This document shows positions 48,154-57,997 of a DNA stretch of 64,000 nucleotides, in pieces. Each line of letters begins with the position of its first letter. Within the stretch, counting starts at the first letter, position 1. The translations under genes and the position numbers were made by a program. The DNA lies in the NCBI GenBank assembly GCA_051003155.1, contig JBPCLO010000053.1, positions 1 through 64,000 of the forward strand. Direction: 5' to 3'. The notes below the pieces were generated by a model. The model saw only the letters and a list, made by a program, of their open reading frames with translations, made no database searches and had not been told where the DNA came from. This DNA comes from Fimbriimonadales bacterium. Lineage in GTDB: Bacteria > Armatimonadota > Fimbriimonadia > Fimbriimonadales > ATM1.

Positions 48154-48750
48154 TTAGTCTGGATTGCGGCCATACCCCTCGACAAAGTTCACGATGCCGG
48201 AGAGCCTGAATCTGCGCTGGTTCCCCACCGTTCGGTGATGCTCGAGCCAACCACGATTAGTATAGCGGCGTACCGTCGCAGGGCAAACGCCCAAAAGTCT
48301 CGCCGCTTCTTCGAGATTAAGCTGCGGGTCGACCATGCGCATAATGAGGTCCTCTCGCGACTCCCGAAACTCCGTTGAATAGTATTTCTGCGTCACGTTG
48401 TCGTCGTAAACACTCGCGAGAAACTTGATGTTCTTTGGCATCTGCTGCCATATCTGCTCGAGGTCCGGCTCAATGACAGCAATTACAGCGGGCGTTCTTC
48501 GACGTCTCGGGCGGGGAGCTTTCATTTTGGTCGGCTTGAGCTTCACGGGCTTGCCGTTTTCTTCCGTAACGATTTCCAAAGATCGCTGAGCGGGCTTGGG
48601 CGCGGGTTTGCCCGTGTAGGAACGCGTAAAAGAAGGCAGCGAGTTGACATCGACACCGATATCCTGGACATCCGGCGGGTCTTCGGTTTTCTTCACGTCG
48701 AGAAATGCGCTCTCGATATAACGCATCGCATCAAGATTATCTTTTCTCAT
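48154..48750 (-). CDS. Protein with C-terminal MerR/excisionase-like HTH
   Basis: LNLEEAARLLGVCPATVRRYTNRGWL..RTVGNQRRF. Confidence 0.8.
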   Translation of the reverse strand: MRKDNLDAMRYIESAFLDVKKTEDPPDVQDIGVDVNSLPSFTRSYTGKPAPKPAQRSLEIVTEENGKPVKLKPTKMKAPRPRRRRTPAVIAVIEPDLEQIWQQMPKNIKFLASVYDDNVTQKYYSTEFRESREDLIMRMVDPQLNLEEAARLLGVCPATVRRYTNRGWLEHHRTVGNQRRFRLSGIVNFVEGYGRNPD

Positions 48751-49763
48751 TTAGTTTCTCCTATTACTAGCATACTGTCTCCAAAACTTAAAAAACGATA
48801 TCCGGCCAGCAGAGCCTCCTCGTATGCCCGCACCAAGTTGTCGCGGCCGGACAACGCCGAAACCAGGAGCATCATCGTCGTCTTCGGCAAGTGAAAATTC
48901 GTGATCATCGCGTCGATAACTTTGAACGGATATCCGGGAGTGATAAATAGCGAGCTGCAGCCCGAGCCGGCTTGAACCAGCCGATCACCGACTGCCGCGG
49001 TCTCCAACGCCCGCACCGACGTAGTGCCCACTGCGATAATTCTGCCTTTAGCATTGCGAATCAGCCGTGCCGTTTCGGGTGGGATCAAGTAGCTTTCACC
49101 GTGCATTTTGTGCAGAGCTAAGTCATTGTTATTGATGGGCCTAAAGGTATCGATGCCGACAGCGAGAGTAATGTAAGCGACGTTCACCCCGGCTCTCCGC
49201 ACAGATTCCAAAAGAGCGGCGGTGAAATGCAGTCCAGCCGTCGGCGCCGCGGAGCTGCCGTCGTGCTCACAATAAACGGTCTGATACCGATCTGGAATAG
49301 GAACCTCCGACCGAATGTATGGCGGCAGCGGCGTCTTGCCAATTTCCGCCAGTCTTTCCCGGTGTCGTCCCTGCTCGAATTGCAGCAGCTTGCCCCCATA
49401 GTCGAGCGTAGCCTTGATTGTTGCGGCCAGTCCCCCGTCGAACACGACTCGGGCGCCTTGCGGTAACCGCCGACCTGGCTTCACCAGCGCTTCATATTCG
49501 CCATCGCCGACCTCACGCAATAGGAGCGCCTCGAACTTCCCACCCGTCGCCTTTTCGCCAAGCACACGCAGGGCGCTGACACGAGTGTTGTTCAGAACTA
49601 GCAGATCACCAGGCTCAAGGAAATCCAGCAACCGGCTGAAATGCGAATGGGTTAGTTCCCCGTTATCCATAACAAGCAGCCGGCTTGCGTCCCGCGGCTC
49701 GAGCGGCGTCTGAGCGATTGCAGATTCCGGGAGCACATAGTCGAAATCTTGGAGCGAGTTTAT
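48747..49763 (-). CDS. queA: S-adenosylmethionine:tRNA ribosyltransferase-isomerase (start uncertain, ATA proposed)
   Basis: DFDYVLPE.AIAQ.P, PLPPYI, AAPTAGLHF, TNFHLPK, YRFLSFGD. Confidence 0.95.
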   Translation of the reverse strand: MNSLQDFDYVLPESAIAQTPLEPRDASRLLVMDNGELTHSHFSRLLDFLEPGDLLVLNNTRVSALRVLGEKATGGKFEALLLREVGDGEYEALVKPGRRLPQGARVVFDGGLAATIKATLDYGGKLLQFEQGRHRERLAEIGKTPLPPYIRSEVPIPDRYQTVYCEHDGSSAAPTAGLHFTAALLESVRRAGVNVAYITLAVGIDTFRPINNNDLALHKMHGESYLIPPETARLIRNAKGRIIAVGTTSVRALETAAVGDRLVQAGSGCSSLFITPGYPFKVIDAMITNFHLPKTTMMLLVSALSGRDNLVRAYEEALLAGYRFLSFGDSMLVIGETK

Positions 49764-50458
49764 ACGATCACCTCACTAACTTGTACAAGCGAAGAAATCC
49801 TGCCGGCCGAAAAATCTGCCGACCCTTCGCGATCCAACAGAAGCGCGCCCATTCCGGCATCAGTCGCGCCGATAAAATCGTCCTCCAAACTGTCGCCGAC
49901 ATGAACGGTCTCTTCAGCCGCTGCGCCACCCTGGGCAAGAGCTTCGTTGAATATCCTGCGATCGGGTTTTTCGTATCCGAACTCGAGAGATGCAATTGCA
50001 AAATCAAATAAATCGCTCATCTCCAAATTATCCAGCACTTCGAAAAGCGTGTGATCCCAGTTGCTGATTATTCCTATAATAATCCCTTTGTCTCTAAGCG
50101 CTTCGACGGCAGGAAAAACATCTGGATAAACCGACCACACGTGGCTGCTCGGCCCAAAGGCTCGCTCTCGAAAAATGCTTAGAGCATCGCAGGCGATAGC
50201 CGGGTCGGCGCCAACGGCGTCGAGCCAAGCTGCCATTTGCCGGCTCCAAAGCTCATGTATGCCCTGCCGATCTCCGATTTTTTCGAGAGCGACCTGCTCT
50301 GTCCGAAATTCGGCAGCCACGCGCTCATATCGGTCTCGGGCTTCCTCCAGATCCACCACAATGCCCAAATCAGTGACAGCGTCTCGGGCAATAGCACCGG
50401 GATCCCATCGATGATCGATCAGTGTGCCTGCAGCATCGAAGGTAACGAGCGTGATCAT
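49760..50458 (-). CDS. HAD-IA family hydrolase
   Basis: FDAAGTL, ISNWD, EKPD..IF, HVGDSLEDD. Confidence 0.9.
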   Translation of the reverse strand: MITLVTFDAAGTLIDHRWDPGAIARDAVTDLGIVVDLEEARDRYERVAAEFRTEQVALEKIGDRQGIHELWSRQMAAWLDAVGADPAIACDALSIFRERAFGPSSHVWSVYPDVFPAVEALRDKGIIIGIISNWDHTLFEVLDNLEMSDLFDFAIASLEFGYEKPDRRIFNEALAQGGAAAEETVHVGDSLEDDFIGATDAGMGALLLDREGSADFSAGRISSLVQVSEVIV

Positions 50459-50682
50459 CGGCGGAAACGTCCGAACAGCCAAAGCACCCCCGAAAGAGCA
50501 AGACTTGCCAAAATCATCGTGGTCAAGGGAAAATAGAAGCTGAATCCTTCCCGTTCGATGCGAAAATCTCCGGGAAGTCGACCAATTCTGAGCCCGGGGG
50601 CCGCTTGGCCGAGCATCAACAGGAGTCCTAGCCCGGCTATGCCGAGCCCGGCAAGCAGTAGAAGTCGGCCCATGTCTCCCAC
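50455..50682 (-). CDS. DUF2905 family membrane protein
   Basis: GRLPGDFRIEREGFSFYFPLTTMILAS. Confidence 0.85.
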   Translation of the reverse strand: MGDMGRLLLLAGLGIAGLGLLLMLGQAAPGLRIGRLPGDFRIEREGFSFYFPLTTMILASLALSGVLWLFGRFRR

Positions 50683-50744
50683 GGCATCTATTTGACACAA
50701 CGGGTGCCGGAAATGCAAGTTTCCTGGATAAATTTAGACAGTTG

Positions 50745-52334
50745 TCACTTTTCGCCCGGAAGAATAATGCCACGCAGGATCACCCTCTGCGCCGCGAGGA
50801 AGACAATCAGTGTCGGAATCGCGGCCAAGGTCAGTGCTGCCATAAGGACCCCTTTCGGAGCTCGGCTCTGAAGCTGATATATCCAAACCGTTATGGTCCA
50901 CATCCGTTCGTCTTGGGCAACGAGGAACGCGAACATGAAGGCGCTGTAGGCCGCCATGAAGGACGTAAGGGCGATTACCGCCAAGACGGGCTTGCTGAGT
51001 GGCAGGGTGATCCTAAACAGCATCGTCGTTTCCCGTGCTCCTTCGATTTCCGCGTTTTCGTAGAGGTCGCGCGGCAAGCTATCGAAAAAGCCTTTCAACA
51101 AGTAGATCGAGTACCCCGAGGCCGCGGCGGGCAACACCAGGGCAGCGAACGTGTTGAGCAATCCGAGATCGCGCAAAAGCAGGAACCCAGGGATCATCGT
51201 GACCTCGGCCGGGAAGGCCATGGTAGCCAGCAGGAACAGCAGAATCTTTCCTGCCGCCGGCAAGTTGTACCGAGACAGGGCGTAAGCGGCGAGCGGGTTG
51301 ACGATGAGGTGCGTCAGCACTGCGAGCAGGCAAAACAAGAACGTGTTCCAAACTGCTCGGCCATGCAGCAAAATGTAATCCAGCACGAAGGCATAGTTCT
51401 TGATGCTGTACTCTTTGCGCATCGGCGATGCTTCTCGCTGGACGTGCGCGGCGTCGTACCTGGCCTGCGGAAGCGTCTTTTCTCCGGTCATGGCCCGCCA
51501 CTTCTTGTCAGGATTGTTGCCTCGATAGCGGAGAGGAAGCTTGTTAGCGTAAAACTTGCGGAACTCCGGCAACTCGGAATCGGGCGCGATCTGCTCGAAC
51601 GTTTCGGCCGTTCCGCGAGTCTCGGCCGGCACCCTGTTGAACTGATTGTTGTAGGTGGAGCGCAAGTACTGTCGCCACTGCCCTTGGACAGTGATCGGAA
51701 TCCGATATTGCGGACCCAACCGTGCCTTAAATTCCAGCCAATCCTTCCATTTTCGGTCACCGGCAGACCTCCACTTGCCGCTCGTGAACCGTTCCGCAGG
51801 CGGCTCAACGGTTTGGAAGACTATGTTCTGCTCGATATAAATCTCGTTGATCGCCGCGACCGTTTTGTAGCGCTCTCGCAGGAAGTCCTGGTACTTGCCG
51901 TTAACCTTGGACGAAATCCTGCCCGGACCAATGCGGAAGCCCACCTGCCACCAATCGAGCGGCATCTCGCTCAAGAACTTCTCGTATCGCCAGACCTCGG
52001 AATCTGTCATCGGATTCACCGGGACGGGTTCCTCGGTCTGCGTCGATGACATCAATGCGGTCGCGTCTTCATGACCATAAAACCAGGCGGCCGTGTCGAC
52101 CATTCCGGCGTACTTGTCGTCTACGTACTTTCGGAACAGCTCGTAATCCTGCTTCCAATAGACCGGAATCACGCGGTTATCGTTCTGGTCAGTCGCACCC
52201 TTCATCGCCGTTGCCACCATGAGCAGGAATGGGTAAACCATGGTCAAACCGCCGAGTGTTAGCAACAGGTACACGACCGCGAGGGCGATTCGCGTTCGGC
52301 TCGTGTTTCGGCCGACCTTCGAGATGAGGGGCAC
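50745..52334 (-). CDS. Carbohydrate ABC transporter permease with large extracytoplasmic insertion
   Basis: AAYALSR, EAA-like loop FFDSLPRDLYENAEIEGA, QRVILRGI. Confidence 0.85.
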   Translation of the reverse strand: MPLISKVGRNTSRTRIALAVVYLLLTLGGLTMVYPFLLMVATAMKGATDQNDNRVIPVYWKQDYELFRKYVDDKYAGMVDTAAWFYGHEDATALMSSTQTEEPVPVNPMTDSEVWRYEKFLSEMPLDWWQVGFRIGPGRISSKVNGKYQDFLRERYKTVAAINEIYIEQNIVFQTVEPPAERFTSGKWRSAGDRKWKDWLEFKARLGPQYRIPITVQGQWRQYLRSTYNNQFNRVPAETRGTAETFEQIAPDSELPEFRKFYANKLPLRYRGNNPDKKWRAMTGEKTLPQARYDAAHVQREASPMRKEYSIKNYAFVLDYILLHGRAVWNTFLFCLLAVLTHLIVNPLAAYALSRYNLPAAGKILLFLLATMAFPAEVTMIPGFLLLRDLGLLNTFAALVLPAAASGYSIYLLKGFFDSLPRDLYENAEIEGARETTMLFRITLPLSKPVLAVIALTSFMAAYSAFMFAFLVAQDERMWTITVWIYQLQSRAPKGVLMAALTLAAIPTLIVFLAAQRVILRGIILPGEK

Positions 52335-52370
52335 GGCGGTAACTTACCTCAAGGGCGGTATCCTTCGAAG

Positions 52371-53354
52371 GTGAGTTTCGACGCCATAAAGTGGCAGGGC
52401 GACACCCTGGTGATTCTCGACCAGCGGCAGCTGCCGTCGGACGAAGTTTGGATCGCCGCCGAGGGGTGGCGAGACGTCGCAAACGCCATAACGAGCATGG
52501 CCGTTCGTGGAGCGCCGCTGATCGGGGTCGCTGCGGCGTATGGGCTCGCGCTGGCCGAAAGTGCCGGCGATATGCCCGCTGCATACCAAGGTCTTCTGGC
52601 AACGAGGCCAACGGCCGTTAATTTGCGTTGGGCGCTCGACAGGGTTTCGGGCGCCAAGGGCAACGCATTGCAAGAAGCGCTGCGCATCGAATCAGAGGAA
52701 AGGGCCAATAATGACGCAATCGCTCGGCACGGCGCATCACTAATGCCGCATGGCGCCTGTGTGCTTACGATTTGCAACACGGGCAGCCTCGCGACGCCGG
52801 GTGCGGGTACGGCTCTCGGTATCATTCGCGAGGCATATCGGCTTGGCAAAGTCTCGAACGTCTTCAGTTGTGAATCCCGGCCCAGGATGCAGGGGCTACG
52901 GCTCACCGCCTGGGAATTGACCCGCGACGGGATTCCGTTCCGATCCATCGTCGACGGCGCCGCCGGCGCGCTCATGGCGAAGGGCGAAGTGCAATTTATC
53001 GTCACCGGCGCGGATCGCATCGCAGCCAACGGCGACACGGCAAACAAGATTGGTACCTATTCGCTCGCGGTCCTTGCGAAACACCACGGCATTCCGTTCG
53101 TGATCGCGGCGCCCCGCAGCACCGTCGATTTCGGCACGGACTCCGGACTCGACATTCAGATCGAGGAGCGCGACGGTACGGAGATCACTGTCGCGGAAGG
53201 CGTTGCAATCGCCCCCGAGGGAACGGAGGTCTGGAACCCCGCCTTCGATGTCACCCCGGCCCAACTCATCTCGCATATCGTCACCGAGGCGGGCGTTCAC
53301 TCGCCACCATTCGCAGAGAGCTTGGCAACGGCAACTCCGGTGCGAAGCGCGTGA
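52371..53354 (+). CDS. mtnA: Methylthioribose-1-phosphate isomerase
   Basis: LDQRQLP, VRGAPLIG, RPTAVNL, CNTGSLAT, GADRIAANGDTANKIGTY. Confidence 0.95.
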   Translation: MSFDAIKWQGDTLVILDQRQLPSDEVWIAAEGWRDVANAITSMAVRGAPLIGVAAAYGLALAESAGDMPAAYQGLLATRPTAVNLRWALDRVSGAKGNALQEALRIESEERANNDAIARHGASLMPHGACVLTICNTGSLATPGAGTALGIIREAYRLGKVSNVFSCESRPRMQGLRLTAWELTRDGIPFRSIVDGAAGALMAKGEVQFIVTGADRIAANGDTANKIGTYSLAVLAKHHGIPFVIAAPRSTVDFGTDSGLDIQIEERDGTEITVAEGVAIAPEGTEVWNPAFDVTPAQLISHIVTEAGVHSPPFAESLATATPVRSA

Positions 53355-53884
53355 CAACAGTCGAATACCTCCGTCACTTGTCACAGTTCGCGCACAACGA
53401 AGTGGTCGAGGCGCTCGATGGAGTGACTGAAAAGCGAGCCTGGGCAGTGCTTCCCCAACGAGGCTCGGACTACCTGCACTCAGATGGCTCGATCCACGGT
53501 ATTACGCTGCACATGGCGAGCTGCAAAATCATGTATGCCAGCATGTCATTTCGCAACACTGAGATACGATGGCGCGATTGCACCGAGCGCATCGAGAAGT
53601 TCGAACCGAACTGGCAGGCGGCCCTCGATTTCCTCGCCGAGTCTCAACGCTATTGGCTGGAAACCTGGGAGTCGCTCACCGACGACGAACTGACGCGGGA
53701 GGTCGACCATTTCTCGGGAAGGAAGTGGCCCGTTTGGCAATTGATCAGAACGATGATCCATCACGATTCATGGCACGGCGGGCAGCTCGTCGTCCTTCGC
53801 TACGCCTGCCCCGAATCCGACCAGCCACCGCCCTCGGTCGCGGAAGACGTTCGCACTCACTGCGGCGAGCTTGCGTCCTGGTAA
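53351..53884 (+). CDS. DinB family protein
   Basis: SIHGITLHM...MIHHDSWHGGQ. Confidence 0.75.
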   Translation: MTTVEYLRHLSQFAHNEVVEALDGVTEKRAWAVLPQRGSDYLHSDGSIHGITLHMASCKIMYASMSFRNTEIRWRDCTERIEKFEPNWQAALDFLAESQRYWLETWESLTDDELTREVDHFSGRKWPVWQLIRTMIHHDSWHGGQLVVLRYACPESDQPPPSVAEDVRTHCGELASW

Positions 53885-54031
53885 TCATCCCTTCAAGGGC
53901 CTGGAAGCATCCCTTTGAGCCCTCCTGATTGTTCGACACACCTCGTATTTTAGTTGCCGACCCGGGCCTATCCCCCCGGTGCCTGGTCCGGCTCCCTTTT
54001 GAATTGGCGCCTTCGGTGTCATGATTCCCTC

Positions 54032-54850
54032 GTGACGATCCTGCGATTTGCCGCCGACCTGCGGAGCTTGCCTCAGCCCGTCATGTTGGTGCCAACCATG
54101 GGTGGGCTGCACGAAGGGCACCTGAGCCTGATTCGTGCGGCAAAGCGGCACGGCGGGACCGCCGTCGCGAGTATTTTCGTCAACCCGACGCAGTTCGACG
54201 ACCGGGCGGACTTCGACGCCTACCAGCGCGATTTGGACCGCGACGGCGAGCTCGCTGAGGGCGCAGGGTGCGACGTGATCTTCGCGCCTTCGGTCGAACA
54301 GATGTACCCCGGTGGCACCGAGGCCACGGGGGTTCACGTGCCTGAGGTAACCGACAAATGGGAAGGTGAACATCGGCCGGGCCATTTCGCCGGCGTGGCC
54401 ACGGTAGTCTCGGCCTTGTTCAATGTGGCGCGGCCTGCGAAAGCCTTCTTCGGCCAGAAGGATTGGCAGCAGTGCGTGGTCGTCGCAAAAATGGTTCGCG
54501 ACCTCGGTTATCCGATTGAACTCAAATTCGAAGAGACAGTGCGAGAGCCACACGGTTTGGCCATGTCCTCAAGAAACGAACGGCTGGCCGCTGATGCGCG
54601 ACGGCGTGCAGCCGTCCTCTACACAGCCATTCGGAAAGCTGCCGACCAGTTCAGGTTGGGCGGCCAGCCCAGGGCGATCGAAGCGAGCACGTCGACGATC
54701 CTCCTCCAAGGCGGGTTCGAATCGGTGGACTATGTGGCAATCGTCAAAGAAGATACGCTCGAACTCGTAGACAGGCCAACGGGACAGGACCGGGTCATAG
54801 CGGCAGCTCGGATCGAGGGCGTGCGCCTCATCGACAACGTCAGGGTTTAG
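54032..54850 (+). CDS. panC: Pantoate-beta-alanine ligase
   Basis: VPTMGGLHEGH, FVNPTQF, RPGHFAGV, FGQKD, GLAMSSRN, RLIDN. Confidence 0.96.
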   Translation: MTILRFAADLRSLPQPVMLVPTMGGLHEGHLSLIRAAKRHGGTAVASIFVNPTQFDDRADFDAYQRDLDRDGELAEGAGCDVIFAPSVEQMYPGGTEATGVHVPEVTDKWEGEHRPGHFAGVATVVSALFNVARPAKAFFGQKDWQQCVVVAKMVRDLGYPIELKFEETVREPHGLAMSSRNERLAADARRRAAVLYTAIRKAADQFRLGGQPRAIEASTSTILLQGGFESVDYVAIVKEDTLELVDRPTGQDRVIAAARIEGVRLIDNVRV

Positions 54851-56624
54851 GCTTCTCGCGTAAGAGCAAGCCCATCTCCTCCCATTGCTTGGAGTCGATC
54901 GGGCCCGGCGCGGCCATCATCGGATCATATCCGCCCGCGATCTTGGGAAACGCCATCACCTCGCGGATGTTCTCGTCGCCCGTCAGGAGCATGACGAGCC
55001 GGTCGATGCCTGGCGCGATGCCGCCGTGCGGCGGAGCGCCCATTCTGAAGGCTTCCAGGATATGCCCAAACCGCTCCTTCTGCGTTGCTTCGTCGACACC
55101 GAGCAGGCTGAAGACCTTCGCCTGGACGTCGGCGCGGTGGATTCGAATGCTGCCGCTTGCCCATTCGGTTCCGTTGCAGACGATGTCGTAGCAGTCCGCG
55201 CGAATTCGGCTCGGATCACTCTCCAGGTATTGGATATCGTCAGCCTTGGGGCTTGTGAACGGGTGGTGCGAGGCTTCCCAGCGCAACTCGTCGGCATCCC
55301 ACATAACGAGCGGAAAGTCGAGCACCCAGCAGAACGCCAGCTTGCGCGGATCGCGCAGGTCGGTCCGGTTCCCGATCTCATTGCGAAGACGCGATAGAGG
55401 ATCGAGAGCTTTAACCCCGGTGTCGGCGACGAATAAGAGCAGATCGCTCTCTTCAGCGCCCGCTCGCCCGACGATCTCCTGAATCGTGCCTTCGTCGAAG
55501 AACTTCGCGATTCCGCCGAAGCCCTCCTTGATCGGAAATTGCGCCAGGCCCTTCGCTCCGAATCCCTTGACGAACTCCTCCAACTCGCCTACCTGCTTGC
55601 GAGAAAGTTCGGCGCCGCCAGGGTAGCGGACTCCGCGCACGACGCCCCCGGCCTCCGCCACAGACCGAAATACGGCGAAATCTGATCGAGCACTGATATC
55701 CGTGATATCGAAGAGTTCGAGGCCGAAACGCAGGTCGGGCTTGTCGGTCCCGAACCGCCGCATCGATTCGTCGAAGGTCACACGCGTAAATGGAGCGACC
55801 GGCTCGAGATCGAGGTCGAATTTCTCGATGACGCTGTTGCAGACGAATCGCGTGAGCCCCTCGGCGAGTTCCAGCACGTCCTCCTGGTGCACAAAGCTCA
55901 TTTCGAGGTCGAGCTGCGTGAATTCCGGTTGGCGATCCGCCCTCTGTGCCTCGTCGCGGAAGCATTTTGCGATCTGATAGTAACACTCCATGCCTGCGAC
56001 CATCAATAACTGTTTGTACTGTTGCGGACTTTGTGGAAGGGCGTAGAAGAGGCCTGGCTCCAGCCGATACGGAACGAGATAGTCTCTCGCGCCTTCCGGG
56101 GTCGTCTTCGTGAATATCGGTGTTTCAATCTCGACGAACTCTCGCTGATCGAGGTATTCACGGATAAGCCGAACGCACTCTGCGCGGATCATCAGCTTTG
56201 CCTGCATGCTCGGGCGGCGAAGGTCGAGATACCGATACTTGATACGCAGTTCTTCCGAAACGCCGCGCATTTGGTCCTCATCGGACACCGGAAACGGAAG
56301 GACGGCTGCGGAGTTGAGAACCGTGAGTTCATCGACTACGACCTCGATCTCACCCGTCGCCAACTGCGGGTTAACCGTCTCTGGAGTCCGCTCACGAACC
56401 ACGCCGGTCGCAGTGATCACAAACTCGTTGCGCAGATTTCTCAGTTCCGGAAATTTCTCCACGTCGAAAAAAAGCTGGGTCAGACCATATCGGTCCCTGA
56501 TATCGAGAAAAAACAACCCACCCAAGTCGCGAATTCGGTGACACCAGCCGTTGAGCGTGACGGTTTCGCCGACGTGTTCGGACCTTAGCCGGCCACACGA
56601 GTGGGTGCGTTTTCGGAAGGGCAT
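54840..56624 (-). CDS. aspS: Aspartate--tRNA ligase
   Basis: YRYLDLRR, TPEGARDY, QSPQQYKQ, RQPEFTQLD, PPHGGIAPGIDR. Confidence 0.97.
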   Translation of the reverse strand: MPFRKRTHSCGRLRSEHVGETVTLNGWCHRIRDLGGLFFLDIRDRYGLTQLFFDVEKFPELRNLRNEFVITATGVVRERTPETVNPQLATGEIEVVVDELTVLNSAAVLPFPVSDEDQMRGVSEELRIKYRYLDLRRPSMQAKLMIRAECVRLIREYLDQREFVEIETPIFTKTTPEGARDYLVPYRLEPGLFYALPQSPQQYKQLLMVAGMECYYQIAKCFRDEAQRADRQPEFTQLDLEMSFVHQEDVLELAEGLTRFVCNSVIEKFDLDLEPVAPFTRVTFDESMRRFGTDKPDLRFGLELFDITDISARSDFAVFRSVAEAGGVVRGVRYPGGAELSRKQVGELEEFVKGFGAKGLAQFPIKEGFGGIAKFFDEGTIQEIVGRAGAEESDLLLFVADTGVKALDPLSRLRNEIGNRTDLRDPRKLAFCWVLDFPLVMWDADELRWEASHHPFTSPKADDIQYLESDPSRIRADCYDIVCNGTEWASGSIRIHRADVQAKVFSLLGVDEATQKERFGHILEAFRMGAPPHGGIAPGIDRLVMLLTGDENIREVMAFPKIAGGYDPMMAAPGPIDSKQWEEMGLLLREKPKP

Positions 56625-56653
56625 CGAGCCTGAAAGTCTACCTTAGGGTACGT

Positions 56654-57997
56654 TTGCTCCAAGTGAAGACGGCACGGCCGACAGACGGCATGAAAATATC
56701 CGAAAGCGTACGGTTAGAGCCGGGGGTCTACGTTTTGCCGCACGGGATCGAGGTGGTTGCCGACGGAATACGAATCGAGGCTGCGGACGTCACCTTGATC
56801 GGACAGAAGCAAGACCTCATTGGAATCACGGTGCGATCGCGCCAGGGTGTCGCTGTCCACGGCATCTCGATCCGCAACTACTTTCAGGGAATTCACATTT
56901 CTAATTCAACTGGCATCGAATTAATTGGCGCTGTGATCGAAGGCACTCATGAGGCAAAACCCAATACGGAGTTTCTGAATATTTGGCAACCGCCCGAACA
57001 ATCGCCTGGAGGCGCGATTTGCCTGATCGACTGCGAGGACTGCCGCGTCGAGGGAAATTCGTTCCAACACCAAATGAACGGCATCCTCACATTTCGTTGC
57101 GTGCGGCTCTCAGTGGTCGGCAATCAGTGTAGCTACAACAGCGGCTGGGGAATCCACCTTTGTGAAACAGTCGATTCCCTTTTCGAAGCTAATTCGTGTG
57201 ATTACTGCTGTCGCTTCGAGCCGCGAGAAGGTGGTCCGCACTTTGGCCACATGGGCGCCGACGCGGCCGGGTTCCTTGTGGTTAAAGGTTCCTCCCGAAA
57301 CAAGTTCATTGGCAACACGGCGAGAATGGGCGGCGACGGGTTCTTTTTGGCGGGGCTCTTGCCCGATGGCACTCCGTGCGGATGCAATGACAACTTGTTC
57401 GAAGGGAACGACGCTTCGCTCAGCCCGAACATAGGGTTTGAATCGACCTTTTGCGAGTGCAACACTTTCCGCAATAACATTGCCGATCGCTGCAATTACG
57501 GATTTTGGTGCGGATACAGCAAAGATTTCCGGATCGAGAAGAATAGAATGCTGTTCAATGGGCAAGCCGGAATCGCGGTGGAGAACGGCGTCGGCTTCCA
57601 CGTGCTCGACAATCAATTCCAATCGAACGGGCACGGCATTTTGCTATGGAGCAGTTATTCGGAGGATTTCCGTGTAGCATTTCCGGATCGTGACACGAGC
57701 CGCGAGTGGTCGATCGAAAACAACTCTTTCCTTAGCAACGGAAAGGCCATCCGAATCGCAGCCGACCAAGATCACGGAATCCGACCTGGAAAAGTCGGTG
57801 CCCAGAGGCCCCACCACCACTCGATCACCAACAACTGCATCCAAAATAACAGGGTGGGAATCGAACTGGTCGATTCAGACCATAGCAAAATTGAAGGCAA
57901 CACGATTCACAATAATGTCGAAGCCAATATCATCATCGCGGATTGCGAAGGAAGCCGCATTTTGAACAATCTCGGTTCTGCGGGGGGATACCTATAG
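56654..57997 (+). CDS. Right-handed parallel beta-helix repeat protein (NosD/pectate-lyase-like fold)
   Basis: Many N...N..GI repeats; start may be ATG 56690. Confidence 0.75.
   Translation: MLQVKTARPTDGMKISESVRLEPGVYVLPHGIEVVADGIRIEAADVTLIGQKQDLIGITVRSRQGVAVHGISIRNYFQGIHISNSTGIELIGAVIEGTHEAKPNTEFLNIWQPPEQSPGGAICLIDCEDCRVEGNSFQHQMNGILTFRCVRLSVVGNQCSYNSGWGIHLCETVDSLFEANSCDYCCRFEPREGGPHFGHMGADAAGFLVVKGSSRNKFIGNTARMGGDGFFLAGLLPDGTPCGCNDNLFEGNDASLSPNIGFESTFCECNTFRNNIADRCNYGFWCGYSKDFRIEKNRMLFNGQAGIAVENGVGFHVLDNQFQSNGHGILLWSSYSEDFRVAFPDRDTSREWSIENNSFLSNGKAIRIAADQDHGIRPGKVGAQRPHHHSITNNCIQNNRVGIELVDSDHSKIEGNTIHNNVEANIIIADCEGSRILNNLGSAGGYL

Noticed and set aside
48154..48750. Excisionase of a mobile element
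   Set aside because: Embedded in a housekeeping operon (queA, glycosyltransferase, dgt) with no integrase or att site nearby; more likely a regulator.
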